NCBI GenBank assembly: GCA_965267575.1
Contig: OZ254086.1
Span: 4,608,001-4,672,000 of the forward strand
DNA length: 64,000 nucleotides
Source: Calditrichales bacterium
GTDB taxonomy: Bacteria; Calditrichota; Calditrichia; Calditrichales; J004
Reading direction: 5' to 3'
Made by a program: the position numbers and the translations under genes. The notes under the pieces are model-generated. The model did not search any database. It was not told the origin of the DNA and saw nothing but the letters and a program-made list of their open reading frames with translations. Shown here piece after piece: positions 1-8,739 of the stretch; position 1 is the first letter of the stretch, and every line of letters begins with the position of its first letter.

Positions 1-2110
1 CTGGTTGTCCAGTTCACCGTTGAGATAGCGCTGGCCGTAGCCGCCCAACACCGTGATGCTGCCGCCAGCCGCGTTGGTAAGCGTGCCGTTAGTGACGGTC
101 AGGTAACTGTGGTAGGAGTTGCTGGCATAGCCGCTGGACATCTCGATCTGCCCGTTGTTGACAAAGCCGTTGTCAAAGGTGATCTGCGCCTGGCGGGTGG
201 TCACCACGTTAATATCAAGTAAAGAACCGCTTTGCGTGGTCAGCTGCCCTGTCATGCTGTTGTTGTTACGCTGTACATCGATGGTGCCATAGTTGTCGAT
301 GTCGGCGGAGATCGTATTGCCGGCATAAAGACGTACGGTGCCATTGTTGGTAAGCGTGGCCGCCGCGGCCAGCTCCGAATCCATGAAGGTCATCAGCACG
401 TCGGGAAGAACCGCCACATTGAAGGTAGCCGTCGATGCGTCAAAATCGATGCGGCCATCACCGATAACACTGCCGCCGTCAAATTGCCATGAGGTATTCT
501 CCACGCTCAGCGCCTGTCCCGATGCGATGTCGATTGTGCCCGTGTTGCTGTGTGTGGCCACAGAGCCCTGCAGACGCAGTGTGTAATCAATATTCAGCAA
601 GCCCTGGTTGTCCAGTTCCCCGTTGAGATAGCGCTGGCCGTAGCCGCCCAACACCGTGATGCTGCCGCCGCCTGCGTTGCTCAGCGTACCGCTGTTGACG
701 GTCAGATAGCTGTGGTAGGAGTTACTGGCGTAGCTGCTGGACATCTCGATCTGCCCGTTGTTAACAAAACCGTTGTCAAAGGTGATCTGCGCCTGGCGGG
801 TTGTTACCACGTTAACATCCAGCAGCGAACCGGCCTGTGTCGTCAGCTGGCCCGTCATGCTGTTGTTGTTGCGTTGCACATCGATGGTGCCATAATTGTC
901 GATGCTCGCAGAGATGGTATTTCCCGCATAAAGACGAAGCGTACCGTTGCTGGTAAGCGTCGCCGGTGCGGCCAGTTCCGAATCCATGAAGGTCATCAAC
1001 ACATCAGGGAGAACCGCCACATTGAAGGTAGCCGTCGAGGCATCAAAATCGATGCGACCTGGTCCGTTGACCGTGCCGCCGTTGTAGGCAAACGAGGTGC
1101 TTTCCACGATCAGTGCCCGTCCCGACGCAATGTCGATTGTGCCCGTATTTACATGTGTCGCCGCCGCACCCTGTAGATGCAACGTATAATCAACATCCAG
1201 CAGGCCCTGGTTGTCCAGTTGGCCATTGAGATAGCGCTGGCCGTAGCCGCCCAACACCGTGATGCTGCCGCCAGCCGCGTTGGTAAGCGTGCCGTTAGTG
1301 ACGGTCAGGTAACTGTGGTAGGAGTTGCTGGCATAGCTGCTGGACATCTCGATCTGCCCGTTGTTGACAAAGCCGTTGTCAAAGGTGATCTGCGCCTGGC
1401 GGGTTGTTACCACGTTAACATCCAGCAGCGAACCGGCCTGTGTCGTCAGCTGGCCCGTCATGCTGTTGTTGTTGCGTTGCACATCGATGGTGCCATAATT
1501 GTCGATGCTCGCAGAGATGGTATTTCCCGCATAAAGACGAAGCGTACCGTTGCTGGTAAGCGTCGCCGGTGCGGCCAGTTCCGAATCCATGAAGGTCATC
1601 AACACATCAGGGAGAACCGCCACATTGAAGGTAGCCGTCGAGGCATCAAAATCGATGCGACCTGGTCCGTTGACCGTGCCGCCGTTGTAGGCAAACGAGG
1701 TGCTTTCCACGATCAGTGCCCGTCCCGACGCAATGTCGATTGTGCCCGTATTTACATGTGTCGCCGCCGCACCCTGTAGATGCAACGTATAATCAACATC
1801 CAGCAGGCCCTGGTTGTCCAGTTGGCCATTGAGATAGCGCTGGCCGTAGCCGCCCAACACCGTGATGCTGCCGCCAGCCGCGTTGGTAAGCGTGCCGTTA
1901 GTGACGGTCAGGTAACTGTGGTAGGAGTTGCTGGCATAGCTGCTGGACATCTCGATCTGCCCGTTGTTGACAAAGCCGTTGTCAAAGGTGATCTGCGCCT
2001 GGCGGGTTGTTACCACGTTAATATCAAGTAAAGAACCGCTTTGGCTGGTCAGCTGGCCCGTCATGCTGTTGTTGTTGCGCTGCACATCGATGGTGCCATA
2101 ATTGTCAATG
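1..2110. repeat. 603-bp tandem repeat, about 3.5 copies visible
   Basis: ctggttgtccagtt recurs at 1, 604, 1207 and 1810. The stretch ~771-2020 appears perfectly periodic. Confidence 0.95.
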
Positions 2111-2514
2111 TCTACATTGAGGGTGTTGTCGCGGGTCAGGATAATCGTTCCGTAATTCGTAACATTCACGTTGCCGTTAAGTGTCGTCCTCGAAAGGTCA
2201 AGTATACCGTTTGTGTTAATGACCGCTTCAGAAGCAACATCAATAATAAAATCGTCTGAGGAGAGCGTCTGTGTTCCGCTGGATGCACCCAGCTCAAGCC
2301 GCTCAATATTAACGTTTGCATCGACCGTAATCGTATAGCTTCCATCAAGCGTTACATAGGCGGTATCTGAAGCAGATGGGACGGCATTGGGCGTCCAGTT
2401 AGCCGGATCGTTCCAATTACCGCCATTTACATTGTTCCAGGAAATCTGGCCGGCAAAAAGTGAAGAAATGCTGCAGAAAACAAAAAAAACAATACTAAAT
2501 ATTGAGTGCCTCAT
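1..2514 (-). CDS. Large secreted repeat protein (beta-solenoid/adhesin-like) with 201-aa tandem repeats; 3' end runs off the window
   Basis: Not in the ORF track. ATG at 2514 with GGGGAGG upstream. Manual translation gives MRHSIFSIVFFVFCSISSLFA-GQISWNNVNGGNWNDPANWTPNAVPSASDTAYV (signal peptide plus W-rich start), then N/G/T-rich repeats (IDNYGTIDVQRNNNSMTGQLT...). No stop seen down to base 1. Confidence 0.85.
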   Translation of the reverse strand, partial: MRHSIFSIVFFVFCSISSLFAGQISWNNVNGGNWNDPANWTPNAVPSASDTAYVTLDGSYTITVDANVNIERLELGASSGTQTLSSDDFIIDVASEAVINTNGILDLSRTTLNGNVNVTNYGTIILTRDNTLNVDIDNYGTIDVQRNNNSMTGQLTSQSGSLLDINVVTTRQAQITFDNGFVNNGQIEMSSSYASNSYHSYLTVTNGTLTNAAGGSITVLGGYGQRYLNGQLDNQGLLDVDYTLHLQGAAATHVNTGTIDIASGRALIVESTSFAYNGGTVNGPGRIDFDASTATFNVAVLPDVLMTFMDSELAAPATLTSNGTLRLYAGNTISASIDNYGTIDVQRNNNSMTGQLTTQAGSLLDVNVVTTRQAQITFDNGFVNNGQIEMSSSYASNSYHSYLTVTNGTLTNAAGGSITVLGGYGQRYLNGQLDNQGLLDVDYTLHLQGAAATHVNTGTIDIASGRALIVESTSFAYNGGTVNGPGRIDFDASTATFNVAVLPDVLMTFMDSELAAPATLTSNGTLRLYAGNTISASIDNYGTIDVQRNNNSMTGQLTTQAGSLLDVNVVTTRQAQITFDNGFVNNGQIEMSSSYASNSYHSYLTVNSGTLSNAGGGSITVLGGYGQRYLNGELDNQGLLNIDYTLRLQGSVATHSNTGTIDIASGQALSVENTSWQFDGGSVIGDGRIDFDASTATFNVAVLPDVLMTFMDSELAAAATLTNNGTVRLYAGNTISADIDNYGTIDVQRNNNSMTGQLTTQSGSLLDINVVTTRQAQITFDNGFVNNGQIEMSSGYASNSYHSYLTVTNGTLTNAAGGSITVLGGYGQRYLNGELDNQ

Positions 2515-2562
2515 GGTGCCCTCCCCAATGACCTTTTATTGATATTTTGATCCTTAGTCAGG

Positions 2563-2577
2563 TCAAACGGTGTGCCA
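2563..2577 (-). promoter_or_regulatory. Possible sigma54-type -24/-12 element
   Basis: Minus strand TGGCACaccgtTTGA about 50 bp upstream of the ATG at 2514. The -12 is GA rather than the near-invariant GC. Confidence 0.25.
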
Positions 2578-2853
2578 CCAAAAGCTACAAAACCCTTTAT
2601 TAAATAAATTATAACTGCGTAAAGCAATTATTTATAAGCACTTAGGTGCGACTACTAACGCCTCCCCAATAACAAAGACCATTTTCGAAGTCTCAATTTT
2701 ACGACGGCAATTACATAGGTATTTGTCGCATAATAGCAACAGGTGCCGTTTGAAACCGCCCTTTAGCTTCCATCGTGCAACAAAGAAGAACACCCTTAAT
2801 AAGAAACAATGTTTCAGCAAGCTTTTTTCACGGCGTTTGCTGTCGCAAAAAGC

Positions 2854-2875
2854 AAATGTGACCGTCATCACACTA
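2854..2875. promoter_or_regulatory. CRP/FNR-family binding box in a divergent intergenic region
   Basis: AAATGTGA-CCGTCA-TCACACT, a perfect TGTGA-N6-TCACA. Confidence 0.6.
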
Positions 2876-3012
2876 AGTTCCCGCCCAAAGTTAAACAGCT
2901 TTTTTTATTTGGACACCGCCAATGTTTTGGTATCTTGCGGGCCATCACACCTGCTTTTATATCTGATATGCTGCGGTAAAGAACGTTCATAACTTTCAGT
3001 GGGAGCTTTGTT

Positions 3013-3507
3013 ATGTATAACCTTAATCGACTTCTGTGGCTAATTGTATTTGTTTTTCTCGTAACACCGCTTCTGGCACAAAAGCAAGCGGAAATGATCA
3101 ACAAAATGTCTGAGGAGGCGGAAGTTATTGTTATTGGCAAAGTCTCCAAAACAGAATCTGCCTGGGATAAAACCGGCAGCAGGATCTATACAACGGCAAC
3201 TGTCAAAGTTGATGAATATCTAAAAGGTAATGACGACCCTTCTTCTGTTAAAATTGTTTATCCGGGGGGCGAAGTTGGTGCAGTCGGTGAGCTGTATTCA
3301 CATATGCCCTCTTTCGCAACGGAGGAGGAGGTACTCGTTTTCTTAAAAAAGAGGCCGGATGGAAAAGAATACAAAGTATTAAGCGGTGAAAACGGAAAGA
3401 TCGCTCTCGTTACCGACGAGAAAACGAATGAAAAAACTACCACCTCTAATATAAATATTGAAACGCTAAAAGCTCGTATAAAAAGTATTGTCGAAAAACA
3501 GCAATAG
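3013..3507 (+). CDS. Small secreted protein resembling the domain often found N-terminal to bacterial matrixin-family proteases
   Basis: Signal peptide, GGGAG RBS, pattern VIVIGKV..RIYT..VKVDEYLKG..GGEVG..MPSF..EEVLVFL. Confidence 0.7.
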   Translation: MYNLNRLLWLIVFVFLVTPLLAQKQAEMINKMSEEAEVIVIGKVSKTESAWDKTGSRIYTTATVKVDEYLKGNDDPSSVKIVYPGGEVGAVGELYSHMPSFATEEEVLVFLKKRPDGKEYKVLSGENGKIALVTDEKTNEKTTTSNINIETLKARIKSIVEKQQ

Positions 3508-3552
3508 CTTTCTTCAAACTACAATTTCGACAATTAGATGAGGGTAAACATC

Positions 3553-6500
3553 ATGAAACTTTTTCTCAGTTTAAGAACGATCCCGGTCTTTCTAATTCTT
3601 GCAATCTTGGCTCTATCAGATGCCTTTTCTCAAACCGGAAACAACGCTTTTCAGTTTAATGGCACAACCACACAGCTTTTTGTAATGGATGGATCACCCT
3701 TTAACAGCGATGCCAACCAGGAGGGATTTAGTTTTTTTAACAGCACGGCGGCTCAAAACCAGATCAGCGTTCAGGCCTGGATTTACTTAATAGGTGAAAC
3801 GCCGATTGACGTTGAGGTACCCGTCGTTTATCGTCGTGTCGCGGACGGGACGACATTCTCGATGTACATTAAAAATAACAGGGGTTACTTCACGGTAGAT
3901 AATTCTGTTGCGGTAGTAACATCTCAATTTGACGCTTTCGGCTGGGCGGAACTTAGCGGCACATACGATGGAAACACTCTAAAAATCTACCTGAATGGCA
4001 GGCTCGCGGATAGCCGCAATGTAAATATATCTGCGGGATACACCACCGATTCAGAAAGCGGTTTGTATATCGGCAAATCATCCGAAGGAGCCTTTAAAGG
4101 GGTAATTGATGAAATAAGGATCTTTAAAACCGCCCTCAACGACAATAACATTAACGGTTCCGGTGGCAACGGCAATCCCGCCGAGCCTTTCCCTTCATCG
4201 CTGAATCCTTTTCTTGCGGGGCAATGGTCATTCAACGAACTGAACACTGACGGCTCCTTACACGATTTGTCGGGCTTTAAAAACCATCTTTATGTGCAGG
4301 ATCTGGTTGATATTGTGCCGAGCAAAGATCTTAATTTTATCGTCGTTACTTCTGCGGCTGATGCCCCGGATAATACGCGCGGAGACGGTGACGCTTCGTC
4401 GTCAAACGGCGTCGTAACATTGAGGTCGGCATTGCAGGAAACAAATGCTTCCGCAGGTAAAGAAACAATCTTTTTTTACATTAAAAACGAGTCTCCTGTT
4501 ATCGAACCTTTATCGGAACTACCAGTCGTAACGGATCCCGTTTCCCTGGATGGGACTACACAGTCCGGGTATGATGGCTCACCGGTAGTAAACATTACCG
4601 GCGCTTACGGAAGTCTTACCATAGAAGCCGGTCATTCAGATTTACAGGGCCTTCATCTTAGCAGCACGGCCGGTTTCAGCCTAATTCTTAACTCGGGCGG
4701 TGAAAACAGCCTGTCTGGCAACACGATCGCCGGGATCCAGGTAAATTCGTCTAGTAACCACATTAATAATAATCTAATCATAAATTCGGTAACCGATGGT
4801 ATATCGATTACCGCGTCCGGCAACAATGTTGGTACAGTATCAGCAAACACGGTTTCAGGCAATGCCGGCTATGGCGTTGCAGAATCAAATGGCGGCGAAA
4901 ACCTGGTCCAAAATAACACCATTACAAATAACAGCGCCGGAGGTATTTTAGTCTCTGCGGGCAGCGGTACGTTTACAAATAACCTGGTGTCGGAAAACTC
5001 CGGTCCTGGTTTGCAATTGGATACGCCCGCCGATGCAGTTATTTCCAGTAATGAGATTTCTTTTAATGCAAACGGTGGTGTGCATATGACAAACGGTAAC
5101 GCCACCATTTCCAATAATAATGTCCGGGATAATTCAGGGGACGGTATCGCTTTAATCGCAGACAACCAAAGTCTTTCCGGCAATGAAATTCAAAATAATA
5201 CGGGCAATGGTCTCGTAATAAGCGGGACAGGCAACAGCGCCACTCAAAATACCATATCAGGCAATAGCGGTGGTGTGCGTGTGGCATCAGGTACAGCCAA
5301 TTCGATCCTAAACAACTCTATCTTTGATAACAATGCTCCGGGCATAGTACTGCTTGAAGGAGCCAACGATAATCAACCATATCCTGCTCTGCACCTGGCC
5401 TATTCCTGGAAAGATGACAACCAGCTGGCCGCCATAAAGGGTGGAAGTTACATCCAGGGTGAGCTGAGCGGAGAAGCCGGCACCGAATACAAGATCCAGT
5501 TTTTTGCCAACACATCGTCAGCGGTACGGGAAGGAAAACGGTTCCTGGCCGAAATAACCACAACGGCCGACATCAGCGGTTCCGCGGAAATAGCAGCCAA
5601 TTTAAAGGATATATCGGTTGAAGCGAACGAACAGATAAGTGCCACAGCCACGAGATTGGATGCTTCCGGCAATACGCTGAGTACATCGGAGTTTTCAGAA
5701 CCCATTGCCCTCAGCCTGGATGACGGAGATCATTATATTGTGAACAAAACCTTATCCGGCATTCCGCTGCACTGGAAGGAAGGCAAAGGCGACTTTCAAA
5801 TCGCGTCTTCTGTGGTGTCGCGCGGCTTTGATGACGCCGTTGAGCGGGGCTTTCAAACATGGTCGGCCCTGGAGCAGATTCAATATGACCGTAAATTTTA
5901 TGAGCCGACGGAAAAATGGGGTGGCAATGCCGATGGTGTTAACAACATTGTGTGGTTTCCTACAACGGAACAATGGGAAGACTCTACAGGCGCGCCCAGT
6001 AACGTCCTGGCGGTTACGCGCGTTCGCTACAACGCCTTAACGGGCGAAATGGTGGACATTGATATTGCCTTTAACGGTCAGCCTGTTTCGCTTACCACGG
6101 GAACGACATTCGAGTGGGCTGATAATGGCGATGAGGCGTATGTTGATGTTGAAAATGTCGCCACGCATGAAATCGGCCATTATTCCGGTCTGGCGGATTT
6201 ATATAATCCCGGTGATTTTAACTATACACCGGCCATGAAAAACAACAATCAGCCGGCCACGATGTATGGCCGTATTGATGTAGGTGAAACTTATAAACGA
6301 ACCCTCTATCCAGCCGGATACACAAACCAGGCTGACATAACCGACTATGATGTGGGCGGTATTAATAATATTTACAGCAATCTCGGGGATGTATATTACG
6401 ATATAGCTCTCGTTTTTGATGGTACCACAAATTTCACCTCAGAAGATGTTCTCAACGCCTTCTCTCCTTCCAAGAACGGCGCCCTGGAACTGGTGTATAA

Positions 6501-8628
6501 ATTGCGAGCCGGCGACCGTATCGGCTGGGTAAATGGCAACAACAGTGAACCGCTGGGCAATAACTTCAATAATAAGATTGCAGCATTAGCCGCGCTGGAG
6601 CCAAGCCACTCTTCTAACCTTGCAGACCAAATCGTCACAGCTGAGCAACTATTTTCGTCCGCTTCTACGAACAAGAAGATAATTATTCTCCTTAGCGCCG
6701 GAGAGATTTCGCCCTTTTCTTTAATAACCGACCTGAGCATCGATCCGGAAATACGGGTTTTTACGCTTGGTTTTGACGAGCTTACCGAAGGCCAGGAATT
6801 GATGAGCTGGCTGGCCAACGAAACGGGCGGTGAGTATTATGAAATTGCCAGCGCCACGGAAATACCTACGGCAATGAATATCATCTGGCTGCGATTGCTT
6901 GGTTTGCAAGTTTCTTATCTTTCCGAAGAGATCAGCAGCGAATTGTTTGCAGGAGGCCTCACCTGGCAAGGCGGGCTGACCTGGCAAGGGGGCTTAACTT
7001 GGCAGGGAGGATTATCCTGGCAAGGTGGATTGACCTGGCAGGGCGGTTTATCATGGCAAGGCGGGCTGACCTGGCAGGGTGGCTTAACATGGCAAGGAGG
7101 ACTGTCTTGGCAAGGTGGCACTTTGGAAATGGGACTTTCCTGGCAGGGTAGCGAATATTCTTTAGTGTTGCTGCCGCCCGGTATTTTTGTGACCGATCCC
7201 AATGGGACATTGCCACCGGAGGCCATTACCGAAGCCAATTATATGATGTCTCCGTATGACATAGAGTTTTTTAACGGTTATGATGCAGGACAAAACTATC
7301 CGTTTAAATTCTTCAGGATAAATAATCCGGGTTTGGGTGCCTGGACATACGCCATCCTGGAAGACGTTCCTCCCGATTCGACGGAACCTGTGCGGGTGTA
7401 CATGGCTAATGAAGCAGACCTGGTACTCGATTTTAAAACCAATCAGGAGCGCTATGTTTTAAACTACGATGAAAACAACGATCCGATCCCTGTTGAAGTT
7501 ACATTTTCTGCTACGCTTTTGCAGGGTGGCGAAACGTCGGGACTGGACGATCATACCAAAACCGTGGGCGAACCGGTTACCGATGCCCTGGTGGGAATCC
7601 AGGTATCTTCTCCAGACGGACAGCTCGTTGTTGGCCCCCTACAGCATGTCGGAAATGGCATTTATGAACTTACTTTGGAAACCACGCTCACCGGCAATTA
7701 CGATGTAAGCGTCATTGCTTCTGACAATAATGAAACCGTTGATGCCAACAATAGCCAGTATGTTATTACCACGGAACATTCATTTTTTATATCGCCTTTT
7801 GTGCAGCCAACAGAGCTGACCGGAAAGCTTTATATAGAACGGGCTCTTGCCTTGCTAAATGGCATAATGGATGAATATTGTCCTTCTAACAAGGATTGTA
7901 GTTTGGACAAAAAAACCAAAAGGGACATTAGCAATGCGATTTCCCTTATCGAAAGCGCTTTGGGGTATTTTGAACAAGACGGGGATCATCTAAAGAGCAA
8001 CAAAGGCCTGGATTTTTACGATAAGATTACTCAGGCTGTGAACGACATATACGCCTATATCGGTGATCCCGGCTATGGAATTTCTATAGACGAGTCCATA
8101 GAAAACCTCAAGCAAGGTTCTTATCAGTTAGCCGTCATCGTGCGGGATGAGGCTGAGGAAGACGGTGCCTGCCAGGAAGCTAACTGCGAACAGCTGATCA
8201 AGAACGCCAACACTGAGATCGGTAAAGCAATTGACGATTCCAAGCAGGATAATTACACCTATATTTTTAACCACCTTACCAACGCCTGGAAATTCTCGAT
8301 GAATGCTCTTGGTGCAAACCTGAAAAAAGGTCTGGCCGGATATAACAATTACTCATTGCTGCCGGAGACATTCGGCTTGGGGCAAAACTATCCCAACCCC
8401 TTTAATCCTGTTACGCGGATAGAATATCAGCTGCCCGAAAAAAGTCACGTTACTTTGAAGGTATATGATATGCTTGGGAATTTGGTAGCTACGCTGGTAA
8501 ACGGCGAAGTAAATGCGGGCTATCAAAGTGTAGACTGGGACGCCAGTGGATTAGCCAGTGGAGTATACATTTATAGGATTGTCAGCGGGCGGTTTAAGGC
8601 AAGCAAAAAGCTTCTGCTTATGAAATAG
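3553..8628 (+). CDS. Multidomain secreted metzincin: LamG + CSLREA-like + parallel beta-helix + matrixin-like peptidase + vWA-like + GGLxWQ repeats + C-terminal sorting domain
   Basis: Signal peptide; GVIDEIRI (LamG); VVTSAAD..TLRSALQETN; N/G/S-rich PbH1 repeats; HEIGHYSGLAD with ATMYG Met-turn; QNYPNPFNP...KKLLLMK. ATG 3553 preferred (GAGG RBS); track start is 3538. Confidence 0.85.
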   Translation: MKLFLSLRTIPVFLILAILALSDAFSQTGNNAFQFNGTTTQLFVMDGSPFNSDANQEGFSFFNSTAAQNQISVQAWIYLIGETPIDVEVPVVYRRVADGTTFSMYIKNNRGYFTVDNSVAVVTSQFDAFGWAELSGTYDGNTLKIYLNGRLADSRNVNISAGYTTDSESGLYIGKSSEGAFKGVIDEIRIFKTALNDNNINGSGGNGNPAEPFPSSLNPFLAGQWSFNELNTDGSLHDLSGFKNHLYVQDLVDIVPSKDLNFIVVTSAADAPDNTRGDGDASSSNGVVTLRSALQETNASAGKETIFFYIKNESPVIEPLSELPVVTDPVSLDGTTQSGYDGSPVVNITGAYGSLTIEAGHSDLQGLHLSSTAGFSLILNSGGENSLSGNTIAGIQVNSSSNHINNNLIINSVTDGISITASGNNVGTVSANTVSGNAGYGVAESNGGENLVQNNTITNNSAGGILVSAGSGTFTNNLVSENSGPGLQLDTPADAVISSNEISFNANGGVHMTNGNATISNNNVRDNSGDGIALIADNQSLSGNEIQNNTGNGLVISGTGNSATQNTISGNSGGVRVASGTANSILNNSIFDNNAPGIVLLEGANDNQPYPALHLAYSWKDDNQLAAIKGGSYIQGELSGEAGTEYKIQFFANTSSAVREGKRFLAEITTTADISGSAEIAANLKDISVEANEQISATATRLDASGNTLSTSEFSEPIALSLDDGDHYIVNKTLSGIPLHWKEGKGDFQIASSVVSRGFDDAVERGFQTWSALEQIQYDRKFYEPTEKWGGNADGVNNIVWFPTTEQWEDSTGAPSNVLAVTRVRYNALTGEMVDIDIAFNGQPVSLTTGTTFEWADNGDEAYVDVENVATHEIGHYSGLADLYNPGDFNYTPAMKNNNQPATMYGRIDVGETYKRTLYPAGYTNQADITDYDVGGINNIYSNLGDVYYDIALVFDGTTNFTSEDVLNAFSPSKNGALELVYKLRAGDRIGWVNGNNSEPLGNNFNNKIAALAALEPSHSSNLADQIVTAEQLFSSASTNKKIIILLSAGEISPFSLITDLSIDPEIRVFTLGFDELTEGQELMSWLANETGGEYYEIASATEIPTAMNIIWLRLLGLQVSYLSEEISSELFAGGLTWQGGLTWQGGLTWQGGLSWQGGLTWQGGLSWQGGLTWQGGLTWQGGLSWQGGTLEMGLSWQGSEYSLVLLPPGIFVTDPNGTLPPEAITEANYMMSPYDIEFFNGYDAGQNYPFKFFRINNPGLGAWTYAILEDVPPDSTEPVRVYMANEADLVLDFKTNQERYVLNYDENNDPIPVEVTFSATLLQGGETSGLDDHTKTVGEPVTDALVGIQVSSPDGQLVVGPLQHVGNGIYELTLETTLTGNYDVSVIASDNNETVDANNSQYVITTEHSFFISPFVQPTELTGKLYIERALALLNGIMDEYCPSNKDCSLDKKTKRDISNAISLIESALGYFEQDGDHLKSNKGLDFYDKITQAVNDIYAYIGDPGYGISIDESIENLKQGSYQLAVIVRDEAEEDGACQEANCEQLIKNANTEIGKAIDDSKQDNYTYIFNHLTNAWKFSMNALGANLKKGLAGYNNYSLLPETFGLGQNYPNPFNPVTRIEYQLPEKSHVTLKVYDMLGNLVATLVNGEVNAGYQSVDWDASGLASGVYIYRIVSGRFKASKKLLLMK
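6952..7113 (+). repeat. Nine tandem 18-bp units encoding GGL(T/S)WQ
   Basis: Read directly; synonymous positions vary between units. Confidence 0.95.
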
Positions 8629-8633
8629 CCTAC

Positions 8634-8672
8634 TATCCCCTGGTTGCCCCGTCTTCCGGGGGATATTTTTTT
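8634..8672 (+). terminator. Probable intrinsic terminator
   Basis: tatcccc...ggggata stem followed by a T-run just after the stop at 8628. Confidence 0.55.
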
Positions 8673-8739
8673 TAGAAGCCGTTTGGATTATATTTCCTTA
8701 CTCACTCCCATTCATTATCTCTTATACAGGACCAGTATT

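Noticed and set aside
1..2110. 603-bp repeats as a DGR template/variable pair, given the Avd-like gene elsewhere
   Set aside because: Mismatches are not adenine-specific, the copies are tandem and in frame, and there is no reverse transcriptase in the window.
232..2259. Plus-strand track ORFs (550..1176, 1177..1779, etc.)
   Set aside because: Antisense shadows of the minus-strand repeat gene, which has the RBS, signal peptide and coherent composition.
6952..7113. CRISPR array
   Set aside because: 18-bp units with no spacers, in-frame coding, and no cas genes.
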